Source: a virus
DNA: 51,563 bases
Reading direction: 5' to 3' (one strand)
Virus genome (UHGV): UHGV-0189653
Shown piece by piece: positions 1 to 12,100 of this stretch. Position 1 is the first letter of the stretch. Each line of letters begins with the position of its first letter. Position numbers and translations under genes: made by a program. The notes beneath the pieces are model-generated. The model was given only the letters and a program-made list of their open reading frames with translations. It searched no databases and was not told the origin of the DNA.

Positions 1-396
1 ATGATCACTTACGTGACCTGTGATGACGTTGATAATGCGTTTGGGAACGCCTGGACGAGTGAGAACGCTAAAAATAAAGCTGTTTTAATGGCTAATGCCT
101 GGCTTAATGGCTTCAACCTGAAAATTAACCCATCCCGTATTCCGGAAGAGGTAAAACTTGCGGGAGCATATGCAGCCAGAATTGCCTCATTCGGTAAGTT
201 GTTTCAGCAGAAAAATGATTCTGGCGTTGTTATCAGTAAAGCCGTGTCGGCTGACGGGGTCAGTGTATCGAAATCATTTTCTGAGTTGCCAGCAAACAGC
301 ACTGCATTGCTTGAACCCGATTTACAGCTTGCGATAGCACTGCTGAAACCGTACGGACTTAGTCGCTCACAAGTCAGGGTTGTGAGGGGGGGATAA
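1..396 (+). CDS. head-tail connector/adaptor protein (HK97 gp6-like class)
   Basis: 131-aa ORF, first of four small genes immediately upstream of the major tail gene; family assignment from N-terminal sequence and module position only. Confidence 0.45.
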   Translation: MITYVTCDDVDNAFGNAWTSENAKNKAVLMANAWLNGFNLKINPSRIPEEVKLAGAYAARIASFGKLFQQKNDSGVVISKAVSADGVSVSKSFSELPANSTALLEPDLQLAIALLKPYGLSRSQVRVVRGG

Positions 397-779
397 TGGG
401 GCTTCGTGAAGAGATTCAGTCAGAGGTTGCCGCTGCTTTTGATGAGGATTTAGCGGACGCCGTGAGTGATTTTTCTGGTTCTTACGTTACGCACCGGCAC
501 TGGGATCCTGTGACGGAAACTGGCGGCGAATCCACCGCAATCTATACCGGGCGAGGCGTGTTGACACGTTATAAGCTGGGCAGAATTGATGGGATTAATA
601 TTTTGCATGGTGACCTTAAATTAACCGCTCTGGTATGCGAGGTTACGGATAAACCAGCTGTCGACCATATTATTGAGATTTATGATCCTGTATCAAGGCA
701 GTTACAACGATACGAGGTAATTACAGCAAGTGTAGATCCTTCCGCATCAGTTTACTCTATCCAGTTAAGGAGAGCGTAA
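396..779 (+). CDS. head-tail joining / head closure protein
   Basis: 127-aa ORF; start overlaps previous stop (TAATG at 393-397); position in head-tail joining block. Confidence 0.4.
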   Translation: MGLREEIQSEVAAAFDEDLADAVSDFSGSYVTHRHWDPVTETGGESTAIYTGRGVLTRYKLGRIDGINILHGDLKLTALVCEVTDKPAVDHIIEIYDPVSRQLQRYEVITASVDPSASVYSIQLRRA

Positions 780-1160
780 ATGGCAAAGGCATGGGATATA
801 GAACCGTCAATATTTGCCGGGATGATTGAGGAAAATGTAGGGCTGAAGATTCGCTACATCGCTATGCAGATTCTTACTGCTATTGATATTGCTGCTCCGG
901 TTGATACCGGACGTTTCAGAAATAACAACCTGGTGTCGTTACAGCATCCCGATTTTGGTATATCTGATAACGTGGATCCGAACGGTACGATTGCTGTTCA
1001 GCGTGGGATCGGGGTTATTTCGAAAGCTGCAAATTACGGGGTTATTTATATCCAGAATAACCTTCCTTATGCAGAGGCTCTTGAAAACGGTCATTCACAA
1101 CAAGCGCCAACTGGCGTGTATGCCAACGCTTTTCATGGTGTTTTACAGGCTTACAAATGA
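780..1160 (+). CDS. tail-component protein (HK97 gp10-like class)
   Basis: 126-aa ORF abutting neighbours with no gap; typical size and position for neck/tail completion protein. Confidence 0.4.
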   Translation: MAKAWDIEPSIFAGMIEENVGLKIRYIAMQILTAIDIAAPVDTGRFRNNNLVSLQHPDFGISDNVDPNGTIAVQRGIGVISKAANYGVIYIQNNLPYAEALENGHSQQAPTGVYANAFHGVLQAYK

Positions 1161-1549
1161 AGTTTACTGAAATCAGAAATACGGTTATTTCCAGAATGAC
1201 GGCACAGACGATTATTGATGGAAAAGACGTATTGTATCCGAACGGGCCAACGTTCGATCCTTCCGGTAAGTTAATCTGGGCGCGGTTAAGTAATATTCCC
1301 GGGCAGGCTGGAGTTAATGAAATTGGCGCGGGGCCGGTTGTTTATCGCACGGGGATAATCATTATTCAGTTATTTGTCCCCGCAGGTTCTGGTTCAAAAC
1401 TCATTACTGAGACAGCCGATAATTTGCGGGAACTGTTTGAGTTTCAGGATGACGATCGTCTCAGTTACCAGGCTGTTTCCTCAATAGCCGTCGGCGAAAA
1501 GAATGGCTGGTTCCAGCTTAATCTTCAAATTCCATATCGCGCGCTCTAG
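1157..1549 (+). CDS. tail terminator / tail tube-head joining protein (gpU-like role)
   Basis: 130-aa ORF directly preceding major tail protein gene; 4-nt overlap with upstream gene. Confidence 0.4.
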   Translation: MKFTEIRNTVISRMTAQTIIDGKDVLYPNGPTFDPSGKLIWARLSNIPGQAGVNEIGAGPVVYRTGIIIIQLFVPAGSGSKLITETADNLRELFEFQDDDRLSYQAVSSIAVGEKNGWFQLNLQIPYRAL

Positions 1550-1575
1550 CGCAATTAATGACATAGGAGGCTCCT

Positions 1576-2538
1576 GTGAGTTCAGGTGCAAAGGTTATCT
1601 CGGCATTTATCCGGGAGACGGTTGCAGGCACTACGCCAGCAAGTGGTGACTGGAGTTTATTAAAACGCACAAGCTGGGGAGTAAAACCCACCCAGAATAA
1701 AGGCGAAAATAATGAGATTGGTGGCTCCCGGATGGCTCAGGGGGCGACGCCTGGCACTGTGGATGTCGGCGGTGATGTTGGTACCAAATTTCGCTGGGGT
1801 CAACATGATGATTTTCTTGCATCCTGTTTCGGCGCGGAATGGTCAGGCGATTCTCTGACAATGGGGAATGAGCGAATAACATTTTCTCTGGCGACCTATG
1901 CGTCCGATGTCGGAATTGCCTCTGTCGTCAGAGGAGCGCAGGTTGGCTCATGGAAAATGCAGATCCCTAACGACGGCGATATTACAGCGACCGTAACCTT
2001 TGCCGGACTGGACTGGGAATCAAAGGCCGATGATACGAATTTTATCAAAGGCGAACCTGTGGATAGTGCAGGAAAGCTACGTTATTCGTTTAAGGAGGTT
2101 TCAGCAGTAAGCCTGAATGGTGTTGCCGGAGGTAACGGTTTTTGTATCGACAGTTTTGATATTCAGTTCGATAACAAACTCCAGACACAGCGTTGTATCG
2201 GGACTGGCTCGCCTTATGCAGGAGCAAATATTCCGACTACTTTTACACCGTCCGGTACGGTGACGCTTTCATGGTCTAAAGCCGCGTGGGAAATCTGGAG
2301 TAAAACACTGACTGGAGAAACAGTTCCGTTCAGCTTCACGCTTTCGAATGGAGAGGGGGCATACACTTTCAGTTTCCCGAAGGTTCAGGTGTCAGGTGAA
2401 TGGCCTGATGGGGGTAATAGCGACATTATCCAGGTTCAATTGAGCATTACCGCAGCAGATGAAGCACCTACGATAACCAGAAAAAAAAATTCCCCGGCTG
2501 CCGTGATCGCAAAAGCCAGTGCTGAGGCGATTAGTTGA
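1576..2538 (+). CDS. major tail (tube) protein with probable C-terminal Ig-like extension
   Basis: 320-aa ORF with RBS AGGAGG upstream, located immediately before the G/GT chaperone pair; Thr/Ser-rich beta-type C-terminal domain. Confidence 0.65.
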   Translation: MSSGAKVISAFIRETVAGTTPASGDWSLLKRTSWGVKPTQNKGENNEIGGSRMAQGATPGTVDVGGDVGTKFRWGQHDDFLASCFGAEWSGDSLTMGNERITFSLATYASDVGIASVVRGAQVGSWKMQIPNDGDITATVTFAGLDWESKADDTNFIKGEPVDSAGKLRYSFKEVSAVSLNGVAGGNGFCIDSFDIQFDNKLQTQRCIGTGSPYAGANIPTTFTPSGTVTLSWSKAAWEIWSKTLTGETVPFSFTLSNGEGAYTFSFPKVQVSGEWPDGGNSDIIQVQLSITAADEAPTITRKKNSPAAVIAKASAEAIS

Positions 2539-2586
2539 TTTTCCGTTATTCCTCCTGTGGTACTGCCCTACAGGGGGACGCATTGA

Positions 2587-3048
2587 ATGAGGTTATGGAT
2601 GTTTATTCTTAATCAGAAAATTATCATTGGTGGAGAACGCTGGTTTACGCCAATGAAGGACTTAAAACCTGTAGACGGGTTAAAACTGTTGGTGGCAAGC
2701 AGCGATAACGATCAGTATCGCTCCCGTAATGCATTAATCCGTCGCCACATTGAGAAAATGGATGCCAGTTTGCACGTCGGAACGAAGGAGTTTGATATTT
2801 CAAAGGTTTCCGAGGTGGATTCTGTTGATGATTTACTCATTGATAATGCCGCTCGTTATCTGCTGAAAGACTGGAAAGGGGTTGGTGAACTGGTTAATGG
2901 TGTTGAGGTTGCACTGGAATATACGGCAGAACGAGGGATCGCGCTGCTCAAGCAGAATCCAGAGTTGTACTGGCAGATCCTTGCAGAAGCAGCCAGCATC
3001 GCCCAGGGTAAAGAGCAGCAGAAGCAGGATACGATAAAAAAGCCATAG
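2587..3048 (+). CDS. G: tail assembly chaperone (gpG analogue)
   Basis: 153-aa ORF between major tail and tape measure genes, ending just after slippery heptamer A AAA AAG (3036-3042); start codon uncertain (ATG 2587, 2599 or 2653). Confidence 0.6.
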   Translation: MRLWMFILNQKIIIGGERWFTPMKDLKPVDGLKLLVASSDNDQYRSRNALIRRHIEKMDASLHVGTKEFDISKVSEVDSVDDLLIDNAARYLLKDWKGVGELVNGVEVALEYTAERGIALLKQNPELYWQILAEAASIAQGKEQQKQDTIKKP

Positions 3049-3356
3049 CTGCCCAGCGGTGGTTATCGGAGTTCGGGGGAGAAAGGGGGGAAAAGGCAAG
3101 ATGGAAGCGAGAAAAACTCAGGTTGCCACCGATACCGGAACCAGAAATAGACCCGGTGCTTAAGGAGTTGTTGTACGCCTATTCGGTAATATCCCGTGCC
3201 CGACGTTATGCTGGAATGGCTGGGGTGCCTTTGCCTTTATCTCTGACAGAGATAAATGAATATTTAGCCACTCATCCGGTATTGATTGAGCGCGATGAAT
3301 TTGAAGCAGTGATCTTTGCACTGGATGACCAGTATTTTCAGGAGCAGTGTGTGTAG
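2587..3356 (+). CDS. G-T: tail assembly chaperone G-T fusion made by programmed -1 ribosomal frameshift
   Basis: Slippery site A AAA AAG at 3036-3042 in the G frame; the -1 frame is open from 3036 through the ORF ending at 3356 (I translated 3036-3123 and found no stop); conserved arrangement in lambda-like tail modules. Confidence 0.6.
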
Positions 3357-3479
3357 TTGTTAATTACGTACACTCTGTTACAGAGATGTGATGGTGTCTT
3401 TAATTAAATCGATGATGCTCCTGGAGAAAAGCATTGCGTGGCCTCGTAATCGCTATATCTACTATTATGTCGCCTGAAA

Positions 3480-3499
3480 CCCACTTCGGTGGGCTTTTT
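3480..3499 (+). terminator. short GC hairpin with UUCG tetraloop plus T-tract between G/T and tape measure gene
   Basis: cccac-ttcg-gtggg followed by cttttt immediately upstream of tape measure RBS. Confidence 0.4.
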
Positions 3500-3519
3500 G
3501 TTGTCTGGAGTTTTAATAA

Positions 3520-6500
3520 ATGGCAGAGCAAACCTCGCGTCTCGCAATAATTATTGATAGCACTGGAGCAAAAAATAATGCTGACAATCTGACCTCCTCA
3601 TTAGTCAAAATGACGCAGGCCGGGGAAACTGCTGCAAATAGCGCAGGGAAAGTGACTAAGGCAACAGAAGATGAGAAGAACGCGCTCGCAAAATTAAAAG
3701 CAGCTATTGATCCAGTTGGTGCCGCAATTGATACTGTCGGTCGACGCTATTCTGAATTAAAGAAATTTTTCGATAAAGGGCTTATTGATAAAGAAGAATA
3801 TGAATTTCTTGTCCGTAAACTTAATGAAACCACAGAGGAATTGAGCGGGGTTGCGCAAGCGCAGAGAGAAGCCGAGAAGGCCGGAAAACTTGCTGCCGCC
3901 CAGCAGGAATCGCAGGCTCAGGCCTTTCAAAGAATGCTGGACAAGATCGACCCTCTGGTTGCGGCGCTAAGAAATCTTGAACAACAGCAGGATGAACTTA
4001 ATGCTGCGTTTGCATCCGGGAAAATAAATGGTTCTCAGTTTGAGAATTATAGCCGAAAAATACAGGAAACACGGCGAGAGCTTACCGGAGAGGCTCAGGC
4101 AGAGCGAGAAGCAGCAAAAGCGCATGATGAACAGGTTGCTGCTTTGCAACGTCTGATTGCTCAACTTGACCCTGTCGGAACTGCTTTTAATCGTCTGGTA
4201 GAACAACAGAAACAGCTCAATGAAGCAAAAGCTAAGGGGATGCTCTCTCCTGAAATGTATGAGGAACTTTCTGGAAAACTTCGTGCTATGCGGAGTGAGC
4301 TTGAGGTTACTCAATCTCAATTAAGCAAAACCGGAATGTCGGCAAAACAAACGGCTTTTGCTATGCGCATGTTGCCTGCACAAATGACGGATATTGTTGT
4401 TGGGTTGTCCACTGGTCAGTCGCCTTTTATGGTGTTAATGCAGCAGGGCGGCCAGCTAAAAGATATGTTCGGTGGGATTGGCCCGGCGATCAAAGGTGTT
4501 GGTTCTTATGTGCTGGGATTAATTAATCCTTTTACCCTGGCCGCAGCAGCCGTTGGCGTCTTAGGGCTGGCTTACTATAAAGGCTCTCAGGAGCAGGACG
4601 AATTTAATAAATCTCTTATTCTTACCGGAAATCAGTTGGGGACAACCAGCGGGCAATTGGCCGATATAGCTCAACGTGCCGGGAATGCGGCTGATTCGAC
4701 AACTGGCGCTGCGGCGGCAGTATTAAACCAGCTTGTGCGTTCGGGAAAGGTAGCGAGCAGTTCGCTGGAGCAAGTGACGACAGCGATAGTAAAAACGAGC
4801 GAAGTAACAGGAATATCAACCGAACAACTGGTTAATGACTTCAATGAAATTGCAAAGGATCCTGTCAGTGCCATATCAAAACTTAATGATCAGTACCATT
4901 TTCTGACAATTGCGACTTATAACCAGATTAAGGCGCTACAGGATGAAGGGAACCAGCAGGAGGCCGCCCGCATTGCGACAGAAGCATACTCATCCTCAAT
5001 GATCCAGCGCACCAACCAGATTAAAGAAAATCTTGGTTATCTTGAGACTGCATGGAAAGCTGTCGCAGACTCCGCAAAATGGGCATGGGATTCCATGCTG
5101 GATATTGGCCGTGAGGCCTCCCTTGATCAAAAAATCTCAGATGTTCTCCGTCAAATTGATGAAATAGAAAAAAATACCCGACCCGGAGTTTTCGGGTTAG
5201 GTGGCATTGGAGATGGCGGAGCTCAAAATAAAAGGCTGGCACGATTAAAGCAGCAATTGGGCGTACTTCAAGCAGAAAAAATTGCTCAGGACGTACTAAA
5301 TTCATCAATAAACGATTACAACAAGCGACAACAGGAAGGAATTGAACTCAGACAGAGAGCAGATGCCTTTTCAAAACAATATCAGACCCGGGAGCAGCAG
5401 AGAGCTAGTGAACTTGCAAAACTGGAAAAACTAAAGAGTCAGTATTCAAAGGAAGAATATAATAATCTTATCGCTCAAATAAATGAGCGTTATAAAGATC
5501 CAAAGCAACCAAAGGCGAAAGGTTATTCGGATGATGCTGCCCAACGAATGATTGATCATCTGAATCAACAGAATGCGTTACTAAGTTCACAAACTGAATT
5601 AACCGTTAAATTAAGTTCCTCTGAACAGGAACTGGTTAAGTGGCGTCAGCAGATTGCCGACCTGGAGTCACGACCGTCATCGAAATTAACCAAGGATCAG
5701 AAATCGCTTCTCTTACACCGGGAAGAAATAACCGCGTTGATGGAGAAAAATGTTGCGATTGAAAAAAATAACAGGCTAATCAAGGAATCCGCCGAAATAG
5801 CTGCATGGCGTGATTCATTGCAGGCTTCGATTGATAATCGTCAACAGGGGTATGATATTCAGATTGCTGGTTATGGGGTTGGCGATAAAAATCAGCAACG
5901 CCAGCAGGAATTACTGCGGATTGAACGTGAATATAACAATCAGCGTCTGCAACTTGAACGTGACTATGCAGATAAATCCCGTGGGATGTCAAATCATGTT
6001 TTTCAGGAGAAAATGCAGGCTCTGAATGATGCTCTGGAACGAGAAAAAGAAATTGTCAGACAGAAAAACGAGCAGCTCGATATTCAGGCAGGAGACTGGG
6101 TTAGTGGTGCCTCCCAGGGATTCAATAACTGGCTGGATGACACTAAGGATATCAGTGAGCAGATAAAATCAACCACGACTCAGATGTTTGATGGAATGAC
6201 CGATGCGCTGGGTGATTTTGTCACGACAGGCAAGGCAAATTTTCGTTCTTTCGCTACTTCCGTGATTTCGGATCTTAGTCGAATAGCATTAAAGGCTTCA
6301 ATTACTCGGATTTTCGACAGCATTAGTAACAGTTCTTCGGGGGGGATTTTAGGAACTATCGGGAGTGCTATTAGTAAATTTATTCCGAATGCAAAGGGCG
6401 GTGTTTATGAGTCTCCGTCATTGAACACGTATTCGAACGGTATTTATGATTCCCCGCAATTTTTTGCTTTTGCAAAAGGGGCTGGTGTTTTTGGTGAGGC

Positions 6501-6753
6501 TGGTCCGGAAGCCATTATGCCATTAACACGAACTTCCGATGGTTCTCTTGGTGTCAGAGCTATTAATAGTAAAAGTGGTAATGGAGGCGGAGATATTACC
6601 TATGCCCCTGTATACCAAATCACTATTCAAAATGACGGCCAGAATGGAGAGATTGGCCCTCAGGCAATAAAAGCACTTATGGGGATGGTTGATCAGCGGG
6701 TGCAGGGCAATCTGTTAAATATGCGACGTGATGGGGGAATGTTAAGTGGCTAA
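3520..6753 (+). CDS. H: tail tape measure protein
   Basis: 1077-aa ORF, coiled-coil rich N-terminal half, hydrophobic central segment, position between G/T and M. Confidence 0.9.
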   Translation: MAEQTSRLAIIIDSTGAKNNADNLTSSLVKMTQAGETAANSAGKVTKATEDEKNALAKLKAAIDPVGAAIDTVGRRYSELKKFFDKGLIDKEEYEFLVRKLNETTEELSGVAQAQREAEKAGKLAAAQQESQAQAFQRMLDKIDPLVAALRNLEQQQDELNAAFASGKINGSQFENYSRKIQETRRELTGEAQAEREAAKAHDEQVAALQRLIAQLDPVGTAFNRLVEQQKQLNEAKAKGMLSPEMYEELSGKLRAMRSELEVTQSQLSKTGMSAKQTAFAMRMLPAQMTDIVVGLSTGQSPFMVLMQQGGQLKDMFGGIGPAIKGVGSYVLGLINPFTLAAAAVGVLGLAYYKGSQEQDEFNKSLILTGNQLGTTSGQLADIAQRAGNAADSTTGAAAAVLNQLVRSGKVASSSLEQVTTAIVKTSEVTGISTEQLVNDFNEIAKDPVSAISKLNDQYHFLTIATYNQIKALQDEGNQQEAARIATEAYSSSMIQRTNQIKENLGYLETAWKAVADSAKWAWDSMLDIGREASLDQKISDVLRQIDEIEKNTRPGVFGLGGIGDGGAQNKRLARLKQQLGVLQAEKIAQDVLNSSINDYNKRQQEGIELRQRADAFSKQYQTREQQRASELAKLEKLKSQYSKEEYNNLIAQINERYKDPKQPKAKGYSDDAAQRMIDHLNQQNALLSSQTELTVKLSSSEQELVKWRQQIADLESRPSSKLTKDQKSLLLHREEITALMEKNVAIEKNNRLIKESAEIAAWRDSLQASIDNRQQGYDIQIAGYGVGDKNQQRQQELLRIEREYNNQRLQLERDYADKSRGMSNHVFQEKMQALNDALEREKEIVRQKNEQLDIQAGDWVSGASQGFNNWLDDTKDISEQIKSTTTQMFDGMTDALGDFVTTGKANFRSFATSVISDLSRIALKASITRIFDSISNSSSGGILGTIGSAISKFIPNAKGGVYESPSLNTYSNGIYDSPQFFAFAKGAGVFGEAGPEAIMPLTRTSDGSLGVRAINSKSGNGGGDITYAPVYQITIQNDGQNGEIGPQAIKALMGMVDQRVQGNLLNMRRDGGMLSG

Positions 6754-7084
6754 TACGGAAGAATTTCACTGGTTACCAGAGGATGGAATGAAAACAGAAA
6801 ATAAACCATCGATAAAAACTGTAAGATTTGGCGATGGTTATGAGCAACGAAGTCCAAATGGACTTAATCATTCTCTGCGCGTTTTCACCTGTGATTTCAA
6901 AGTTGAGGCGAATGAACGTGATTCATTTGAAAAATTTTTAGCCCGGCATGAAGGCTATAAATCTTTTTTTTGGCGCCCGCCTGGTATTAACAGAAAAATC
7001 AGAGTGGTGTGTCGAACGTGGTCAGCGACAGAACATATCACCTATACCGATTTTTCGTGTCAGTTTGACGAAGTGGTGATCTGA
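6746..7084 (+). CDS. M: minor tail protein M
   Basis: 112-aa ORF ([14 protein letters not shown]...) matching lambda gpM in size, sequence and order. Confidence 0.85.
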   Translation: MANTEEFHWLPEDGMKTENKPSIKTVRFGDGYEQRSPNGLNHSLRVFTCDFKVEANERDSFEKFLARHEGYKSFFWRPPGINRKIRVVCRTWSATEHITYTDFSCQFDEVVI

Positions 7085-7782
7085 TGCAGGACATACAACA
7101 GGAAACGCTGAATGAATGCATTCGTGCGGAGCAGTCGGCCAGCGTGGTGCTCTGGGAAATCGACCTGACCGAGGTAGGCGGGGATCGCTACTTTTTCTGC
7201 AATGAGCAGAACGAGAAAGGAGAGTCTGTCACCTGGCAGAGTCGGCAGTATCAGGCCTATCCCATTCAGGGGAGTGGATTTGAGATGAACGGCAAAGGTG
7301 CCAGTGCAAGGCCAACGCTGAAAGTCTCTAATCTGCACGGCATGGTCACCGGGATGGCGGAAGACCTGCAGAGTCTGGTCGGCGGAACGGTGGTCAGGCG
7401 TAAGGTTTACGCCCGTTTTCTGGATGCGGTGAACTTCGTCAACGGAAACAGTGACGCCGATCCGGAGCAGGAGGTGATCAGCCGCTGGCGTATTGAGCAG
7501 TGCAGCGAACTGAGCGCGGTCAGTGCCTCCTTTGTACTGTCCACGCCGACGGAAACGGACGGCGCTGTTTTTCCGGGGCGCATCATGCTTGCTAATACCT
7601 GCACCTGGACCTATCGCGGTGATGAGTGCGGTTATCACGGTCCGGCGGTCGCGGATGAATATGACCAGCCGACATCCGAAATCACGAAGGATAAATGCAG
7701 CAAATGCCTGAGTGGCTGTAAGTTCCGCAATAATGTCGGCAACTTTGGCGGCTTCCTTTCCATTAACAAACTTTCGCAGTAA
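7084..7782 (+). CDS. L: minor tail protein L
   Basis: 232-aa ORF with C-terminal cysteine cluster (CTWTYRGDECGYHGP ... CSKCLSGC) typical of lambda gpL. Confidence 0.85.
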   Translation: MQDIQQETLNECIRAEQSASVVLWEIDLTEVGGDRYFFCNEQNEKGESVTWQSRQYQAYPIQGSGFEMNGKGASARPTLKVSNLHGMVTGMAEDLQSLVGGTVVRRKVYARFLDAVNFVNGNSDADPEQEVISRWRIEQCSELSAVSASFVLSTPTETDGAVFPGRIMLANTCTWTYRGDECGYHGPAVADEYDQPTSEITKDKCSKCLSGCKFRNNVGNFGGFLSINKLSQ

Positions 7783-7787
7783 ATCCC

Positions 7788-8531
7788 ATGACAGAGACAG
7801 AATCAGCGATTCTGGCGCACGCCCGGCGATGTGCGCCAGCGGAGTCGTGCGGCTTCGTGGTGAGAACGCCGGAAGGGGAAAGATATTTTCCCTGCGTGAA
7901 TATCTCCGGTGAGCCGGAGGCGTATTTCCGGATGGCTCCGGAGGACTGGCTGAGTGCAGAAATGCAGGGAGAGATTGTGGCGCTGGTCCACAGCCACCCC
8001 GGTGGTCTGCCCTGGCTGAGTGAGGCCGACCGGCGGCTGCAGGTGCAGAGTGATTTGCCGTGGTGGCTGGTCTGCCGGGGGGCGATTCATAAATTCCTCT
8101 GTGTGCCGCATCTCACCGGGCGGCGCTTTGAGCACGGGGTGACGGACTGTTACACGCTGTTCCGGGACGCTTACCATCTGGCGGGAATTGAGATGCCGGA
8201 TTTTCATCGCGGGGATGACTGGTGGCGTCACGGCCAGAATCTCTATCTTGACAATATGGAGGCAACGGGTTTTTACCGTGTCCCACTGACAGAGGCGCAG
8301 CCTGGCGACGTGCTGCTGTGCTGTTTTGGTTCATCGGTGCCGAATCATGCCGCCATTTACTGTGGCGACGGCGAGCTGCTGCACCATATTCCTGAACAAC
8401 TGAGTAAACGAGAGAGGTACACCGACAAATGGCAGCGACGCACACACTCCCTCTGGCGTCACCGGGCATGGCACGCATCTGCCTTTACGGGGATTTGCAA
8501 CGATTTGGCCGCCGCATCGACCTTCGTGTGA
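7788..8531 (+). CDS. K: tail assembly protein K (MPN/JAB + NlpC/P60 domains)
   Basis: 247-aa ORF with HSHP metalloprotease-type motif (ALVHSHPGG) and C-terminal cysteine peptidase-like region; lambda gpK-like. Confidence 0.85.
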   Translation: MTETESAILAHARRCAPAESCGFVVRTPEGERYFPCVNISGEPEAYFRMAPEDWLSAEMQGEIVALVHSHPGGLPWLSEADRRLQVQSDLPWWLVCRGAIHKFLCVPHLTGRRFEHGVTDCYTLFRDAYHLAGIEMPDFHRGDDWWRHGQNLYLDNMEATGFYRVPLTEAQPGDVLLCCFGSSVPNHAAIYCGDGELLHHIPEQLSKRERYTDKWQRRTHSLWRHRAWHASAFTGICNDLAAASTFV

Positions 8532-9076
8532 AAACGGGGGCTGAAGCCATCCGGGCACTGGTCACACAGCTCCCGGCGTTTCGTCAGAAACTGAATGAGG
8601 GCTGGTATCAGGTGCGCATTGCCGGGCGTGATGCAGGCGAAAACGAATTATCAGCCCGTCTTAATGAGCCGTTGAAAAATGGTGCCGTGATCCACATCGT
8701 TCCGCGTCTTGCGGGAGCAAAAAGTGGCGGTGTGTTTCAGGCGGTGCTGGGTGCGGCGCTGATTGCAGTGGCGTGGTGGAACCCTGCAGGCTGGCTGGGA
8801 GCTGCGGCTTTATCGGGCATGTATGCTGCGGGGGCCAGTATGATCCTTGGCGGTGTGGCGCAGATGCTGGCACCGAAAGCCAGAACTCCCCGTACACAGA
8901 CAACGGATAACGGTAAGCAGAACACCTATTTCTCCTCACTGGATAACATGGTTGCCCAGGGCAATGTTCTGCCTGTTCTGTACGGTGAAATGCGCGTGGG
9001 GTCGCGGGTGGCTTCTCAGGAGATCAGCACGGCAGACGAAGGGGACGGTGGTCAGGTTGTGGTGATTGGTCGCTGA
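8429..9076 (+). CDS. I: tail tip assembly protein I
   Basis: 215-aa ORF (MAATHTLPLASPGMARICLYGDLQRFGRR ... GGQVVVIGR) closely resembling lambda gpI; overlaps end of K. Confidence 0.8.
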   Translation: MAATHTLPLASPGMARICLYGDLQRFGRRIDLRVKTGAEAIRALVTQLPAFRQKLNEGWYQVRIAGRDAGENELSARLNEPLKNGAVIHIVPRLAGAKSGGVFQAVLGAALIAVAWWNPAGWLGAAALSGMYAAGASMILGGVAQMLAPKARTPRTQTTDNGKQNTYFSSLDNMVAQGNVLPVLYGEMRVGSRVASQEISTADEGDGGQVVVIGR

Positions 9077-9136
9077 GGCAAAATGTTTTATGTGAAACCG
9101 CCTCCGGGCGGTTTTGTCGTTTATGGAGCGTGAGGA

Positions 9137-12100
9137 ATGGGTAAAGGCAGCAGTAAGGGGCATACCCCGCGCGAAGCGAAGGACAACCTGAAATCCACGC
9201 AGCTGCTGAGTGTGATTGATGCCATCAGCGAAGGGCCGGTTGAAGGTCCGGTGGATGGATTAAAAAGCGTGCTGCTGAACAGTACGCCGGTGCTGGACAG
9301 TGAGGGGAATACCAATATATCCGGCGTCACGGTGGTGTTCCGGGCAGGTGAGCAGGAGCAGTCACCGCCGGAGGGGTTTGAATCCTCCGGCTCCGAGACG
9401 GTGCTGGGTACGGAAGTGAAATATGACACGCCGATCACCCGCACCATTACGTCTGCAAACATCGACCGTCTGCGCTTTACCTTCGGTGTGCAGGCACTGG
9501 TGGAAACCACCTCAAAGGGGGACAGGAATCCGTCGGAAGTTCGCCTGCTGGTTCAGATACAACGTAACGGTGGCTGGGTGACGGAAAAAGACATCACCAT
9601 TAAGGGCAAAACCACCTCGCAGTATCTGGCCTCGGTAGTGGTGGATAATCTGCCGCCGCGCCCGTTCAACATCCGGATGCGCAGGATGACGCCGGACAGC
9701 ACCACAGACCAGCTGCAGAACAAAACGCTCTGGTCGTCATACACCGAAATCATCGATGTGAAACAGTGCTACCCGAACACGGCACTGGTCGGCGTACAGG
9801 TGGATTCGGAGCAGTTCGGCAGCCAGCAGGTGAGCCGTAATTATCATCTTCGCGGGCGTATTCTGCAGGTGCCGTCGAACTATAACCCGCAGACGCGGCA
9901 ATACAGCGGTATCTGGGACGGAACGTTTAAGCCAGCATACAGCAACAACATGGCCTGGTGTCTGTGGGATATGCTGACCCACCCGCGCTACGGCATGGGT
10001 AAACGTCTTGGTGCGGCAGATGTGGATAAATGGGCGCTGTATGTCATCGGCCAGTGTTGCGACCAGTCGGTGCCGGACGGTTTTGGCGGCACGGAGCCGC
10101 GCATCGCCTGTAATGCGTACCTGACCACACAGCGAAAGGCGTGGGATGTGCTCAGTGATTTCTGCTCGGCGATGCGCTGTATGCCGGTATGGAACGGGCA
10201 GACGCTGACGTTCGTGCAGGACCGACCGTCGGATAAGGTGTGGACCTATAACCGCAGTAATGTGGTGATGCCGGATGATGGCGCGCCGTTCCGCTACAGC
10301 TTCAGCGCCCTGAAGGACCGCCATAATGCCGTTGAGGTGAACTGGATTGACCCGGACAACGGCTGGGAGACGGCAACAGAGCTTGTGGAGGACACGCAGG
10401 CCATTGCCCGTTACGGTCGTAACGTCACGAAGATGGATGCCTTTGGCTGTACCAGCCGGGGGCAGGCACACCGCGCCGGGCTGTGGCTGATTAAAACAGA
10501 ACTGCTGGAAACGCAGACCGTGGACTTCAGCGTGGGTGCCGAAGGGCTTCGCCATGTACCGGGCGATGTCATTGAAATCTGCGATGATGACTATGCCGGT
10601 ATCAGCATCGGCGGGCGCGTGCTGGCGGTAAACAGCCAGACACGGACGCTGACGCTCGACCGTGAAATCACGCTGCCATCCTCCGGTACCACGCTGATAA
10701 GCCTGGTTGACGGAAGTGGCAATCCGGTCAGCGTGGAGGTCCAGTCCGTCACCGACGGCGTGAAGGTAAAAGTGAGCCGTGTTCCTGACGGCGTTGCCGG
10801 ATACAGCGTATGGGGGCTGAAGCTGCCGACGCTGCGCCAGCGCCTGTTCCGCTGCGTGAGTATCCGTGAGAACGACGACGGCACGTATGCCATCACCGCC
10901 GTGCAGCATGTACCGGAAAAAGAAGCCATCGTGGATAACGGGGCGCACTTTGACGGCGAACAGAGTGGCACGGTGAACGGTGTCACGCCGCCAGCGGTGC
11001 AGCACCTGACCGCAGAAGTCACTGCAGACAGCGGGGAATATCAGGTGCTGGCGCGATGGGACACACCGAAGGTGGTGAAGGGTGTGAGCTTCCTGCTCCG
11101 TCTGACCGTAACAGCGGACGACGGCAGTGAGCGGCTGGTCAGCACGGCCCGGACGACGGAAACCACATACCGCTTCACGCAACTGGCGCTGGGGCGGTAC
11201 ACGCTGACAGTCCGGGCGGTAAATGCGTGGGGACAGCAGGGCGATCCGGCGTCGGTATCGTTCCGGATTGCCGCCCCGGCAGCGCCGTCGCGGATTGAGC
11301 TGACGCCGGGCTATTTTCAGATAACCGCCACGCCGCATCTTACCGTTTATGACCCGACGGTACAGTTTGAGTTCTGGTTTTCGGAAAAACGGATTGCTGG
11401 TATCAAGCAGGTTGAAACCACAGCGCGCTATCTTGGCACGGCGCTGTACTGGATAGCCGCCAGTATCAATATCAGGCCGGGCCATGATTATTATTTTTAC
11501 GTTCGCAGTGTGAACACCGTTGGCAAATCGGCATTCGTGGAGGCTGTTGGTCAGCCGAGTGATGATGCATCCGGTTATCTGGATTTTTTCAAAGGCGAGA
11601 TAGGGAAAACCCATCTGGCTCAGGAGCTGTGGACGCAGATTGATAACGGTCAGCTTGCGCCTGACCTGGCTGAAATCAGGACGTCCATTACGGATGTCAG
11701 CAATGAAATCACGCAGACCGTCAATAAGAAACTGGAAGACCAGAGTGCGGCAATTCAGCAGATACAGAAGGTTCAGGTTGATACAAATAATAACCTGAAC
11801 AGCATGTGGGCTGTGAAGCTGCAGCAGATGCAGGACGGACGCCTTTATATCGCGGGTATTGGTGCCGGTATTGAGAACACCCCTGACGGCATGCAGAGTC
11901 AGGTGCTGCTGGCGGCGGACAGGATTGCGATGGTTAATCCTGCGAATGGCAACACAAAACCGATGTTTGTTGGTCAGGGCGATCAGATATTCATGAACGA
12001 CGTGTTCCTGAAACGCCTGACGGCCCCCACCATTACCAGCGGTGGAAATCCACCGGCATTTTCCCTGACACCGGACGGAAAGCTGACTGCTAAAAATGCG

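Noticed and set aside
7060-8558. Minus-strand ORFs (192, 142, 121, 75 aa) across the L-K-I genes
   Set aside because: Antisense to lambda-like tail genes with clear homology; GC-rich antisense frames without start context
9737-11614. 625-aa minus-strand ORF antisense to the J gene
   Set aside because: Lies entirely inside J, which has strong lambda J similarity on the plus strand; Arg/Pro/His-rich composition typical of an antisense frame of GC-rich coding DNA; no RBS or phage context
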